Made by a program: the position numbers and the translations under genes. From NCBI GenBank assembly GCA_013042025.1, contig JABDQY010000114.1:1-39628 (forward strand): a stretch of 39,628 nucleotides of DNA, read 5' to 3'. Source of the DNA: Bacteroidia bacterium (GTDB lineage Bacteria; Bacteroidota; Bacteroidia; NS11-12g; UBA9320). Positions 1-9,141 of the stretch are shown piece after piece. Position 1 is the stretch's first letter. Every line of letters begins with the position of its first letter. Under the pieces are notes generated by a model that was not told where the DNA came from, did not search any database, and saw only the letters and a program-made list of their open reading frames with translations.

Positions 1-1587
1 TCTGACTTTATCGCCATCTTCGTCTGGGCATCCTTCCGTATATTTTGATCCTACATAATCAGGGCATTTATCAAAATTGTCTGAAACCTCATCACCATCA
101 GAATCGATTAATCGTTTGTGATGAATAGGCCAATTGAACCCTGTATAGATATTAAATCCGTTTGTCTTTTTAGCTGTAAACAACCCTCCTAAGTTGTCAG
201 AACCTATGTAAAACAATCCAGCTCTTATATATGCACCTACATTTACGATGTTGTAAAATCGACTCGCTGAGATGGGCAAGGCTGCAGTAAACCATTTGCG
301 TTCATATCGTGGTGTTACGGTTAGAACATTTGGTGTTTTTACTCCTCTACCATTATTCCGGATAAGGTTTTGAGAGTAATTCGCTGCCACATATAGGTTG
401 TTCATCAGCTTGTAGTCTGCAGCCAAATGTAAAGCAGCTGGTGTAAACATAGTAAACTTTGAAGCTGTATCAACATTTGAAAAAAAACTTGTAGCAAAAG
501 AGTCCACCTCTTTAAAGGAGGACCAACTATCAGCTTCATCAAAATCATTCCAGTTTAGTGGAGTAGTTTCTGGATTGATGGTTACTTTACGTGCTACTCC
601 AGCTTTATTGAAATTTACAAAACCTACATCCGTTAAGCTAGCAGCAACTTTCCAAGTGTATTTATTTACCGAATGGTCTTCATGCGTTTTTCGGTCCATT
701 TTATACTTGAAATCTCTACTGTTTTCACGGTATTCGTACACAAAACCAAGATTTACACCTAATCCACGTCCAAGCCGCGATTTTCCAAAATAGTCATTTA
801 ATCTTCGAGTAGGACTACTTAAATAGTCTTCATTTAAATACGCGAACTCAATTCCAGAATTTGTGATATTAAGTGTGTCAATGCCAACTAAATCAAAGGC
901 AGCTTCTTTGGTACTGAAATAAGAGCCATACAAACCGATATTATAATCCAATCCCAAACCAATTTTTATAAAATCGTGCTTTTTATCTTTTACTACACGA
1001 GCATATTTAAAGCTTATTTGCTGATAAGCTAGAGCAGCAACACCTGCTTTTGACATATCCATGGATTCCCCTAGTAAACGCTCTTGATTTTCTTTATTTG
1101 GCCCAATAGTATCCAAATCCTGAAGAAATGTCTTAATACCATTTTCAGAGAACTTATTTAAACTTCCATACGCTTTAGTTGTAAAGCCAATTGAAAATCC
1201 TGCTTTATCTTTAAGAGCAAATTGCATTGACAACACAGATGCGCTAGCTGAGGCATAAGCAAATTTGTTTTTTCCATTCAACCGTTCTTTCATGTAGATC
1301 TTTTCAAAAGGATAATTAAGATCTTGTTTTCCAAAATTCGAATCAAGTGATAATTGGAAAAACTTGTACATAGAATGAGGTGCCTCCATTTGAATAAAAT
1401 TGTTCTGAACATGAGCGTTCAGACCTAAAACATTCATATTGAATTTGAATCGTGAGTCAGCAAGGTTAGCTGGATTGTGCTGAAGAGTTGCATATCCACC
1501 GTAATTGTCCTGCACCAACCCATTTTGTCGTTGAGCAAAAGCAGAAAAAATCGATAGAGTAAATAGTAATAGAGCAGTGAGCCTCAC
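1..1587 (-). CDS. OmpA-family outer membrane protein, N-terminal part. It has a signal peptide, a beta-rich region and thrombospondin type-3 Asp-rich repeats. The 3' end runs off the window.
   Basis: This gene is absent from the ORF track because it is cut by the edge. I read all triplets from 1 to 1587 on the minus strand and found no stop. An in-frame TAA lies upstream at 1609-1611 and a GTG at 1585-1587. The translation starts VRLTALLLFTLSIFSAFAQRQNG, a signal peptide. In the window it ends ...IDSDGDEVSDNFDKCPDYVGSKYTEGCPDEDGDKVR, the DxDxDG-type TSP3 repeats that precede the OmpA domain in Bacteroidota OmpA-like proteins. Confidence 0.75.
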   Translation of the reverse strand, partial: MRLTALLLFTLSIFSAFAQRQNGLVQDNYGGYATLQHNPANLADSRFKFNMNVLGLNAHVQNNFIQMEAPHSMYKFFQLSLDSNFGKQDLNYPFEKIYMKERLNGKNKFAYASASASVLSMQFALKDKAGFSIGFTTKAYGSLNKFSENGIKTFLQDLDTIGPNKENQERLLGESMDMSKAGVAALAYQQISFKYARVVKDKKHDFIKIGLGLDYNIGLYGSYFSTKEAAFDLVGIDTLNITNSGIEFAYLNEDYLSSPTRRLNDYFGKSRLGRGLGVNLGFVYEYRENSRDFKYKMDRKTHEDHSVNKYTWKVAASLTDVGFVNFNKAGVARKVTINPETTPLNWNDFDEADSWSSFKEVDSFATSFFSNVDTASKFTMFTPAALHLAADYKLMNNLYVAANYSQNLIRNNGRGVKTPNVLTVTPRYERKWFTAALPISASRFYNIVNVGAYIRAGLFYIGSDNLGGLFTAKKTNGFNIYTGFNWPIHHKRLIDSDGDEVSDNFDKCPDYVGSKYTEGCPDEDGDKVR

Positions 1588-1591
1588 AATG

Positions 1592-1599
1592 CAAAGATA
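1592..1599 (-). promoter_or_regulatory. Bacteroidota-type -7 promoter box TATCTTTG for the OmpA-like gene
   Basis: The plus strand reads caaagata, an exact TAnnTTTG on the minus strand. It lies 4 nt upstream of the GTG at 1587. Confidence 0.5.
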
Positions 1600-1654
1600 A
1601 CTAGAAGTTTAGCATTTTATTGGTGCTTACTTTTCATTGCATTAACCTTGCACA

Positions 1655-2101
1655 ATGAAAGTGGTTTTACAACGTGTAAGTGAAGCACAGCTTTTAGTGA
1701 ATGATGAGCAATACAGTGTTATTGGAATTGGCTTGGTTATCCTTTTAGGGATTGAAGAAAGCGATGGTATAGAGGATATAAATTGGTTGGTAAAGAAGAT
1801 TGTCAATATGCGAATCTTTGCCGATAAAGAAGGTAAAATGAATTTATCTCTATTGGATGTTGAAGGTGAGCTTTTAGTTGTAAGTCAGTTTACGCTACAT
1901 GCCAGCACAAAAAAGGGTAATCGTCCTTCTTTTATAAAAGCAGCCAAACCAGCCATTGCAATTCCGTTGTATGAAGAATTCATTAAAAGAAGTAAAATAC
2001 ATTGCACTACAAAAACTGGAGTTTTTGGAGCTGATATGAAAATAGAATTGATTAATGACGGTCCAGTAACTATAATATTGGACTCTCAAAATAGAGTCTA
2101 G
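1655..2101 (+). CDS. dtd: D-aminoacyl-tRNA deacylase
   Basis: The protein is 148 aa and starts MKVVLQRV. It carries the SQFTL and NDGPVT motifs typical of Dtd. A near-consensus -7 box TAACCTTG at 1643-1650 lies 4 nt before the ATG. Confidence 0.95.
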   Translation: MKVVLQRVSEAQLLVNDEQYSVIGIGLVILLGIEESDGIEDINWLVKKIVNMRIFADKEGKMNLSLLDVEGELLVVSQFTLHASTKKGNRPSFIKAAKPAIAIPLYEEFIKRSKIHCTTKTGVFGADMKIELINDGPVTIILDSQNRV

Positions 2102-2119
2102 GTGGTATTTATAAAAGTC

Positions 2120-2127
2120 TAACTTTG
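2120..2127 (+). promoter_or_regulatory. -7 promoter box TAACTTTG upstream of hppD
   Basis: An exact TAnnTTTG followed by CA lies 20 nt upstream of the ATG at 2148. Confidence 0.5.
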
Positions 2128-2147
2128 CACTCGTTAAAAGAAACCAC

Positions 2148-3281
2148 ATGAAACCATCTACCTTAGATCTTCCAAAAATATACGAGGAAGCAAAAGACTT
2201 TATGCCATTATTGGGCACTGACTATGTCGAATTATATGTAAGTAACTCTAAGCAAGCTGCACATTTTTATAAAACCGCATTTGGTTTTCAAGATTTAGCC
2301 TATTCTGGATTAGAAACAGGTTCAGTTGAAAGTGAGAGTTATGTGCTAGTGCAAGATAAAATAAGACTAGTTCTTACATCTCCACTTAAAAGCGGTACAG
2401 ATATTGGCAAGCATATAGAGAAGCATGGAGATGGTGTTAAAATAGTAGCACTTTGGGTTCCCGATGCGACTAAGGCTTACGAAGAAGCAATAAAACGAGG
2501 AGCAAAGCATTACTTATCACCTACAGAAGAAAGTGATGAATCAGGGAAAGTTATCCGTTCAGGTATTTATACGTATGGCGAAACCGTACATATTTTTGTT
2601 GAGCGAGGTGAATACAATGGAGTATTCTTACCTGGCTTTAAGGAATTAAAGACTGCATACAATCCTACACCAATTGGGTTACAATACATCGACCATATGG
2701 TTGGGAATGTTGAACTTGGTGAGATGAATACTTGGGTAAATTTTTACAAAGATGTATTGGGATTTGCTCAAATAATCTCATTCGATGATAAGGATATTTC
2801 AACAGAATACACCGCTTTGATGAGTAAGGTAATGAGTAATGGAAATGGACGGATAAAGTTTCCTATTAACGAACCTGCAGATGGTAAAAAGAAATCACAA
2901 ATTGAAGAGTACCTTGACTTTTATGAAGGTGCTGGTGTTCAACATATAGCAGTTGCAACGGATGATATAATCTCAACGGTAAGACAATTGAGGTCAAGAG
3001 GAATAGAATTTTTAAGAGTGCCTGATACTTATTATGATGTAGTATTAGATCGCGTTGGAGAAATTGATGAAGATCTGGCTCCATTGAGAGAACTTGGTAT
3101 ATTGATAGACCGAGACGATGAAGGATACTTACTCCAAATTTTCACAAAACCTATTGAGCCTCGTCCTACAATGTTCTTCGAAATAATACAACGAAAAGGG
3201 GCAACTTCTTTCGGTAAAGGTAATTTTCAGGCATTGTTTGAAGCTATTGAAAGAGAACAAGAACTAAGAGGAACGCTGTAG
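2148..3281 (+). CDS. hppD: 4-hydroxyphenylpyruvate dioxygenase
   Basis: The protein is 377 aa with two VOC/glyoxalase-like halves. The C-terminal signature FFEIIQRKG...FGKGNFQALFEAIEREQELRG is classic for HPPD. Confidence 0.95.
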   Translation: MKPSTLDLPKIYEEAKDFMPLLGTDYVELYVSNSKQAAHFYKTAFGFQDLAYSGLETGSVESESYVLVQDKIRLVLTSPLKSGTDIGKHIEKHGDGVKIVALWVPDATKAYEEAIKRGAKHYLSPTEESDESGKVIRSGIYTYGETVHIFVERGEYNGVFLPGFKELKTAYNPTPIGLQYIDHMVGNVELGEMNTWVNFYKDVLGFAQIISFDDKDISTEYTALMSKVMSNGNGRIKFPINEPADGKKKSQIEEYLDFYEGAGVQHIAVATDDIISTVRQLRSRGIEFLRVPDTYYDVVLDRVGEIDEDLAPLRELGILIDRDDEGYLLQIFTKPIEPRPTMFFEIIQRKGATSFGKGNFQALFEAIEREQELRGTL

Positions 3282-4157
3282 TTACTTATCTCTCGCGTCA
3301 GCTCCCCAAAGGAGTTTATTTCGAATGGTATCCATATAGGTATTCCCTTTCAAACGAATCATTTTATACTGAAAATCAGCTCGTTTAATTACCAATGAAC
3401 TGTTTGAAGGAAGCTTTACGGAACGTGAATCTAACGTAATTAATACATGTTTGCTTCTACTCGAAATGTTAATTTCCAAGCTTGTTGAATCAGGAACCAC
3501 TGCAGGTCGAACGGTTAAATTATGTGCAGCGATTGGTGTAATTACAAAAGCTTGAGAACCTGGAAAAATCAATGGTCCACCACAGCTTAAATTATATCCA
3601 GACGAACCTGTTGGTGTAGAAACAATCAAACCGTCTGCCCAATAGTTATTCAGAAAATCACCATTTAAATGTGCTTTTACTGTAATCATTGCAGAGGTGT
3701 CTCGCTTTTGAACTACGAAATCATTTAAAGCGTATGGAAACTTAATTAGATCTTTATCTGAGGATTGTACAGTTAGAACGGTCCGAGATTCAATATCAAC
3801 ATTGTTCTGTTTTAATGCTTCAACAGCAATTTCTATTTCCTCCATTTTTATATTGGCAAGAAATCCTAATCTCCCAAGATTGATACCCATCACAGGCAAC
3901 CCACTGTCTTTTACCAATTCCAATGTGTCAAGCATCGTACCATCTCCTCCTAGACTTATTAAACAGGTATAGTCTGATGGACTCAATTTATGCGAGCATT
4001 CCACACATTCCAAATCATATTCTTTTGAAATGAAATCATTAAATGTTGAGACAACTTCAAATTCAATATTATGATTGGCCATGCAAGTAGAAAAAACACT
4101 AAAGAACTTTTTAAAGTTTTTAGCTCGAATTGATCTACCGTATACTGCTACCTTCAT
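3282..4157 (-). CDS. nadK: NAD(+) kinase
   Basis: The protein is 291 aa and carries the GGDGTML and NLGRLGFL motifs. It has an ATG start. Its stop codon abuts the hppD stop codon. Confidence 0.93.
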   Translation of the reverse strand: MKVAVYGRSIRAKNFKKFFSVFSTCMANHNIEFEVVSTFNDFISKEYDLECVECSHKLSPSDYTCLISLGGDGTMLDTLELVKDSGLPVMGINLGRLGFLANIKMEEIEIAVEALKQNNVDIESRTVLTVQSSDKDLIKFPYALNDFVVQKRDTSAMITVKAHLNGDFLNNYWADGLIVSTPTGSSGYNLSCGGPLIFPGSQAFVITPIAAHNLTVRPAVVPDSTSLEINISSRSKHVLITLDSRSVKLPSNSSLVIKRADFQYKMIRLKGNTYMDTIRNKLLWGADARDK

Positions 4158-4159
4158 GG

Positions 4160-5557
4160 TTATATTGCTTTTTTAAAGTGTACAAAGAAACCACTCTCTT
4201 TTAAACTGTTCAAACTATATTCTAATCGAAGCAGTCTGTCGTTATAGAAAAGTGATTGTAAACTAATACCAGTAGAGAATAAGGCAGAGTTAGGCAAATC
4301 GTTTGTGGCTATGGTCTTAGGTGCGGAAACATATCCTGCATCAACAAAGTATTCTAGATAGATATTCAGGGGTAGAAAGTTATAACTTTTAATTGGAATA
4401 AAATTCAAATTGATATGAGGTTTATTTACTAAATGATACCGAATTGCGGCATTCCCTAGAGCCGCATGTTGACCATCAATCACATAGTTTTCAAATCCCC
4501 TAACTATGTTGTCATAACCTAGTCTTCTGGTGTATTCATAAGGCAAGTCTTTAGCAGTATTGAATTCTCCAAAAACAGAAAAAGCAGTGTAAAGTTTTGG
4601 AGCAATTTTATTAAATAGTTGTGCTCTTATTGACCCTTTTATGTTGGAATAAGAGCTGTTCCCAACAAAGTTGTGATAAGCAATCATTGGTTGAAGAAGG
4701 GCACCTTCTGTTGGGAGATAAATGTTGTTTCTCTTATCATGACTTATTGCAACACCTAACCCTATAACATCCAATTTTACTTGGCTATTTAGCAAGTAGT
4801 TAGATGCTTCTTTCATAATTATGGTATCTAATTTAGTGTTTTGGTATGAACCAGAAATTGTTATGGTATTGAAAGGATTAAATCGATTTGAAAAGGCCAA
4901 TCCCCCCGAAGTTTTCTTAATCAGATTGTTGTTTCCCTTTCTTAGGAATTGCAACTTATCGTTTTCTGTTTTTAGCCACATTTCTTCTTGTGAAGTATGT
5001 TTAAAATCTGTACTAACTCCCCAATTTGAATTTTGTGAAATAAATGGAACTCGGTACTCAATTCCGTACGTTTTGTTGTATCCAGTTACAAATGAGGTTT
5101 TTAAAGTGTGATTTCTTCCAAAGAGGTTGTAGTTAAAAAGGTAAAGACCATAATTGGTTCTATTTGCGTCAAAACTTAGATCCTTCCAAACGTTAAAATT
5201 TCTATCACTAAATTCAATAAATGGTATAGGCCATTCGTACCACTTTTCGACGACAGTTACACGAACAGCAAAGCCTATTTTATTTGATATTTTCGCTTTT
5301 GAAGACGTGATGGTAACCTTGTTAAAAAGATTAAGATTTAGAATACGAGATTTAGATTGATTAAGGAGTTTTTGGAAATTACCTTCCTCATCATCTTGAT
5401 AGAATGAATCAATGTGTACAAGCATTTCACGCTGTATTACAAAGTCTTTAGTTCTTTTATTTCCATCTATATTGATAGATAGAACAGGATAGCTTTCCGC
5501 AAAAAGGAATTGTGAAATGAATGCAATAAGAAGTGTCAGTATGCTTCTAAATGTCAA
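4160..5557 (-). CDS. Omp85/BamA-TamA family outer membrane protein with one POTRA domain and a beta-barrel
   Basis: The signal peptide is TFRSILTLLIAFISQFLFAES. A POTRA-like segment follows (INIDGNKRTKDFVIQREM), then about 380 aa of alternating beta-strand pattern that ends in an aromatic-rich C-terminus. The start is a TTG at 5555-5557 and no ATG alternative exists. The gene lies 2 nt upstream of nadK. Confidence 0.75.
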   Translation of the reverse strand: MTFRSILTLLIAFISQFLFAESYPVLSINIDGNKRTKDFVIQREMLVHIDSFYQDDEEGNFQKLLNQSKSRILNLNLFNKVTITSSKAKISNKIGFAVRVTVVEKWYEWPIPFIEFSDRNFNVWKDLSFDANRTNYGLYLFNYNLFGRNHTLKTSFVTGYNKTYGIEYRVPFISQNSNWGVSTDFKHTSQEEMWLKTENDKLQFLRKGNNNLIKKTSGGLAFSNRFNPFNTITISGSYQNTKLDTIIMKEASNYLLNSQVKLDVIGLGVAISHDKRNNIYLPTEGALLQPMIAYHNFVGNSSYSNIKGSIRAQLFNKIAPKLYTAFSVFGEFNTAKDLPYEYTRRLGYDNIVRGFENYVIDGQHAALGNAAIRYHLVNKPHINLNFIPIKSYNFLPLNIYLEYFVDAGYVSAPKTIATNDLPNSALFSTGISLQSLFYNDRLLRLEYSLNSLKESGFFVHFKKAI

Positions 5558-6197
5558 GATATTTCATTAGTGATTGAAAACGTTTCTCTACATTCTCTTT
5601 GTAATCGTCATCTCCAAATGTAGCAATCACCTCGTAATTAAATCGAGTTAGACCCCCAATAATACGCTCGGCATTTTTAGTGTTTAGCTTCAGGCTTGCT
5701 CTTATTCTTCCGCTATCTGGTACATTATGAAGCCACAGTCCAAGTAATTGAGAGCCTTCACTTTCAACTATTCTAGCCACTTCACTAGAGGAATATTGTA
5801 GGGTGGCCATTTCAATTACAATAATGGCACCACCTTGTTCTACAGTTAATGAATGTGCAATTGCCTCAACTACTAAAGTCTTTGTTAAAATACCAATCCA
5901 CTCAAAATCTTTTCCCAATACGCAACATACGTTTGCTTTGGATTCATTGAATATTCGCAACACATCAAAAAGATGAGTGTTGAAATGAACGCTAGCAAAT
6001 CCTGAATCAACGATACTTTCAATAGTGATTTCTTCTGTATGAATACATTCGTCCAGTTGAACGGTTCCAAAAAGTTTACCATCTTTAACTACGGGCAATT
6101 CAAAACAGAGGTTATCGAACATAATTTCCATACATTCCTTTACCGAAGTTGTATCAGTAACAGGTTTGATTTGAGCTATGTAATCTAGTGCAATCAT
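5547..6197 (-). CDS. CBS domain-containing protein
   Basis: The protein is 216 aa. The N-terminal half looks like a CBS pair (VKDGKLFGTV..., ...WIGILTKTLVVEAI). The CBS-nadK neighbourhood is common in Bacteroidota. The 3' end overlaps the next gene by 11 nt. Confidence 0.7.
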   Translation of the reverse strand: MIALDYIAQIKPVTDTTSVKECMEIMFDNLCFELPVVKDGKLFGTVQLDECIHTEEITIESIVDSGFASVHFNTHLFDVLRIFNESKANVCCVLGKDFEWIGILTKTLVVEAIAHSLTVEQGGAIIVIEMATLQYSSSEVARIVESEGSQLLGLWLHNVPDSGRIRASLKLNTKNAERIIGGLTRFNYEVIATFGDDDYKENVEKRFQSLMKYLDI

Positions 6198-6211
6198 TTG
6201 TATATAGAATA

Positions 6212-6799
6212 CTATAATTTAGTTGTATAGTGCAAAGAAAAGCAAGATAGCCAATTTCTTATTAACTTTAATCCTTGGGGTGTCAAAATCGATTCAGGGT
6301 GAAATTGAACTGCCCAAATTGGTAATGTTTGATGCTCGATTGCCATTACTTCTCCGTTTTCAGTTTCAGCAATTACGTTTATTGGCAATTCTTCAAAGTC
6401 TTCTACAATTAAAGAATGGTATCTGCAAACCTCAAGAGGAGGAGTAATCGATTTAAACAAAGGATGATTTACCGTACAATTAACTTCCGACACTTTGCCA
6501 TGCATTGGATAGTTTGCTTTTTTAAGAGTTGCTCCGTAGAACTGCCCAATAGCTTGAAGTCCAAGACAAACACCAAAAATGGGTAATTTATCAGAAAACT
6601 TTTCTAGAATTTCCATTGTACATCCTGCATTTTCTGGTGTGCCTGGACCAGGAGAAATAATTATGCCTTTGTATTTTGAAAGCACGGTAGAAACGTCCAA
6701 TTCATCATTTCTAATCACTTCGCATTCTGCACCACATTGTAAGAAATAATCGTACAAATTATAGGTAAATGAGTCGTAGTTATCGAGCAATAATAGCAC
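6212..6799 (-). CDS. pabA: Glutamine amidotransferase, component II of aminodeoxychorismate or anthranilate synthase
   Basis: The protein starts LLLLDNYDSFTYNLYDYF from a GTG at 6797-6799. It has the GVCLGLQAI nucleophile Cys and FHPES, a class I GATase triad. PabA and TrpG cannot be told apart from sequence alone. Confidence 0.88.
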   Translation of the reverse strand: MLLLLDNYDSFTYNLYDYFLQCGAECEVIRNDELDVSTVLSKYKGIIISPGPGTPENAGCTMEILEKFSDKLPIFGVCLGLQAIGQFYGATLKKANYPMHGKVSEVNCTVNHPLFKSITPPLEVCRYHSLIVEDFEELPINVIAETENGEVMAIEHQTLPIWAVQFHPESILTPQGLKLIRNWLSCFSLHYTTKL

Positions 6800-6865
6800 G
6801 ATGCGAAAATAGGTAAGCCTATATTCAGTTACCTATGAATAATTATATTTATTTCGTATTACAGA

Positions 6866-8842
6866 ATGACTTTTGACCAATACAATCAGTTTGATAAAAA
6901 GAAGCTGAAAGAAATTTATACTGCTTTAATCAAACCACGAATGATTGAAGAAAAGATGCTAAAACTTCTTAGACAGGGGCAAGTAAGCAAGTGGTTCAGT
7001 GGAATTGGTCAAGAGGCTATAGCGGTGGGAGCAACTTTGGCGTTGGAAAACGATGAATACATCATGCCTTTGCACAGAAATTTAGGAGTTTTTACTACAA
7101 GAGGAATTCCTTTTAAAAAGCTTTTGCATCAATGGCAAGGGAATATCCAAGGGTTTACTAAATCTAGAGATAGATCATTTCATTTTGGCACAAATGAATA
7201 TTATATCGCTGGAATGATTTCTCACTTAGGTGCAACTTTAAGCGTTGCAGATGGAGTTGCATTGGCAAACAAGCTTGACAAAAAAGGAAAGGTAACATTA
7301 GCTTTCTCTGGAGATGGAGCTACAAGTGAAGGTGAATTTCACGAAGCAGTTAATCTTGCTGCGGTTTGGGATTTACCAGTTATATTTTTAATTGAAAATA
7401 ACGGTTATGGACTTTCAACTCCAAGCAAGGATCAGTTTAAAGCCAAACGACTAGCGGACAAGGGAATAGGGTATGGTATTGAGAGTAAAACTATTGATGG
7501 GAATAATGTACTTGAGGTATATTATGAAGTGTCTCAAATAGCACGTGAACTAAGAAAAAATCCTCGTCCATTTTTACTAGAGTGTAAAACGTTTAGAATG
7601 AGAGGACATGAAGAAGCGAGTGGAACTAAATACGTCCCACAAAATCTTCTAGAGGAATGGGGAAAGAAAGATCCAGTGGACAATTTTGAATCCTATGTCG
7701 TTCTAAATAAGCATATTACATCAGAAGAGCTTATTAAAATTAAAGATAGTATTACTGACGAGATAAATGAAGGAGTTAAGATTTTATCAGAGACAGATGC
7801 GGTTGAGGTAGATGCAAACAAGGAATTAGCTGATGTATTTAAATCATATATTCCAGAAGTAATTACACCAACAGATAACCGAAGAGAAATGCGTTTTATT
7901 GATGCAATTCATGATGGCCTCAAATTGGCAATGAGGAAATATGATAATCTCGTATTAATGGGACAGGATATTGCTGAATATGGTGGTGTGTTTAAAATAA
8001 CTGATGGTTTTGTGGATGAATTCGGAATTGAGCGAGTAAGAAATACGCCAATTTGTGAAGCTGCTCCATTAGGAGCTGCACTGGGCTTAACTGTAGGAGG
8101 GAAAAAATCGATGGTAGAGATGCAATTTGCAGATTTTGTTAGCTGCGGATTTAATCAAATCGCAAACAATCTGGCAAAAACGCATTATCGTTGGGGACAA
8201 AACAGCGATGTTGTTATTCGAATGCCAACAGGTGCTGGAGCTGCTGCGGGACCATTTCATAGCCAAAGCAACGAAGCATGGTTTTTTCATATCCCAGGAT
8301 TAAAGATTGTTTATCCAAGCAATCCATCTGATGCTAAAGGCTTGCTTCTGGCATCTTTTGAAGATCCTAATCCTGTTCTTTTCTTTGAGCATAAGTTTTT
8401 GTACCGAAATGTAAAAGAGGAAGTTTGCGTGGATGAATTTACAACCGAGATTGGCAAAGCTAAATATGTGAAAGAGGGAGAGGATATAACCTTTATTAGC
8501 TATGGTTGGGCAGTACATTGGTGCCAAGAGTTGATAGATGAAATGAACTTGAATGCTACACTTCTCGATCTAAGAACACTAGCACCTTGGGATAAAGAAG
8601 CGGTAGAAGCAAGCGTAAAAGCTAGTGGTAAAGTGATAGTAGTTCATGAAGACAATTTGCAGGGTGGAATTGGAGCCGAAATTGCTTCATGGATTGGTGA
8701 ACATTGTTTTATGCATTTGGATGCTCCAGTAATGCGAGTTGGAAGTTTGGATACCCCAATCCCATTTAATGCCGAGTTGGAGAAGGAATATTTAGGAAAA
8801 AGCAGCCTAAAACAGACAGTTGAATCATTATTAATGTGGTAA
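6866..8842 (+). CDS. Fused alpha/beta E1 component of a 2-oxoacid (branched-chain alpha-keto acid) dehydrogenase
   Basis: The protein is 658 aa. The N-terminal half has the TPP-binding GDG(X)n NN motif (SGDGATSEGEFHEA...ENNGYG). The C-terminal half has transketolase-like pyrimidine-binding and C-terminal domains. This fusion is typical of Bacteroidota. Confidence 0.9.
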   Translation: MTFDQYNQFDKKKLKEIYTALIKPRMIEEKMLKLLRQGQVSKWFSGIGQEAIAVGATLALENDEYIMPLHRNLGVFTTRGIPFKKLLHQWQGNIQGFTKSRDRSFHFGTNEYYIAGMISHLGATLSVADGVALANKLDKKGKVTLAFSGDGATSEGEFHEAVNLAAVWDLPVIFLIENNGYGLSTPSKDQFKAKRLADKGIGYGIESKTIDGNNVLEVYYEVSQIARELRKNPRPFLLECKTFRMRGHEEASGTKYVPQNLLEEWGKKDPVDNFESYVVLNKHITSEELIKIKDSITDEINEGVKILSETDAVEVDANKELADVFKSYIPEVITPTDNRREMRFIDAIHDGLKLAMRKYDNLVLMGQDIAEYGGVFKITDGFVDEFGIERVRNTPICEAAPLGAALGLTVGGKKSMVEMQFADFVSCGFNQIANNLAKTHYRWGQNSDVVIRMPTGAGAAAGPFHSQSNEAWFFHIPGLKIVYPSNPSDAKGLLLASFEDPNPVLFFEHKFLYRNVKEEVCVDEFTTEIGKAKYVKEGEDITFISYGWAVHWCQELIDEMNLNATLLDLRTLAPWDKEAVEASVKASGKVIVVHEDNLQGGIGAEIASWIGEHCFMHLDAPVMRVGSLDTPIPFNAELEKEYLGKSSLKQTVESLLMW

Positions 8843-8895
8843 TTCAATGCTTATCTTTAATAATTCCAAATAAAAGAACATCTTTGCACAAACGC

Positions 8896-9141
8896 TTGAC
8901 CCTAGCCCAATTACATATAGGCCAACTTGCTAGAATTCAACAAGTTTTGGATGGACCTTTCAAGGAAAAACTACTTGAAATGGGTTGTGTACCAGGTGTG
9001 CTTATAAAACCATTGTTTAAAGCCCCATTAGGAGATCCAATTGCATACAATTTGGAAGAATATACCTTAAGCATTCGAAAGTCAGAAGCAAGACAAATTA
9101 TAGTTAAACCTTTAGATATTTTGTTTAAAGATGAGCAATAA
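8896..9141 (+). CDS. feoA: FeoA family ferrous iron transport protein
   Basis: The FeoA/SH3-like core reads LAQLHIGQLARIQQV...LLEMGCVPGVLIKPLFKAPLGDPIAYNLEEYTLSIRKSEARQIIV. The track ORF starts at 8836 and overlaps the E1 gene. I prefer the in-frame TTG at 8896, which gives 81 aa. FeoA proteins are about 75-85 aa, and a near-consensus -7 box (CATCTTTGCA, 8879-8888) sits inside the longer ORF. The 3' end overlaps feoB by 11 nt. Confidence 0.8.
   Translation: MTLAQLHIGQLARIQQVLDGPFKEKLLEMGCVPGVLIKPLFKAPLGDPIAYNLEEYTLSIRKSEARQIIVKPLDILFKDEQ

Noticed and set aside
575-793. A 72-aa plus-strand ORF inside the first 1.6 kb
   Set aside because: It lies antisense to a continuous 529-codon minus-strand frame with a clear OmpA-like, TSP3-repeat translation. 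It is a shadow ORF in AT-rich DNA.
1895-2218. A 107-aa minus-strand ORF bridging the dtd/hppD junction. Other antisense ORFs of 60-111 aa occur at, for example, 4821-5111, 21239-21535, 29938-30258, 33007-33333 and 35531-35866.
   Set aside because: All are fully nested antisense to genes with strong family signatures. Their translations are low-complexity and rich in F, L, S, I and C, with no motifs. They are expected by chance at this base composition.
2148-3281. hppD sits alone, without hmgA, fahA or maiA, as a hint of pyomelanin production
   Set aside because: The absence of partner genes from a 40-kb window says nothing about the genome. The rest of the tyrosine-catabolic pathway could be anywhere.
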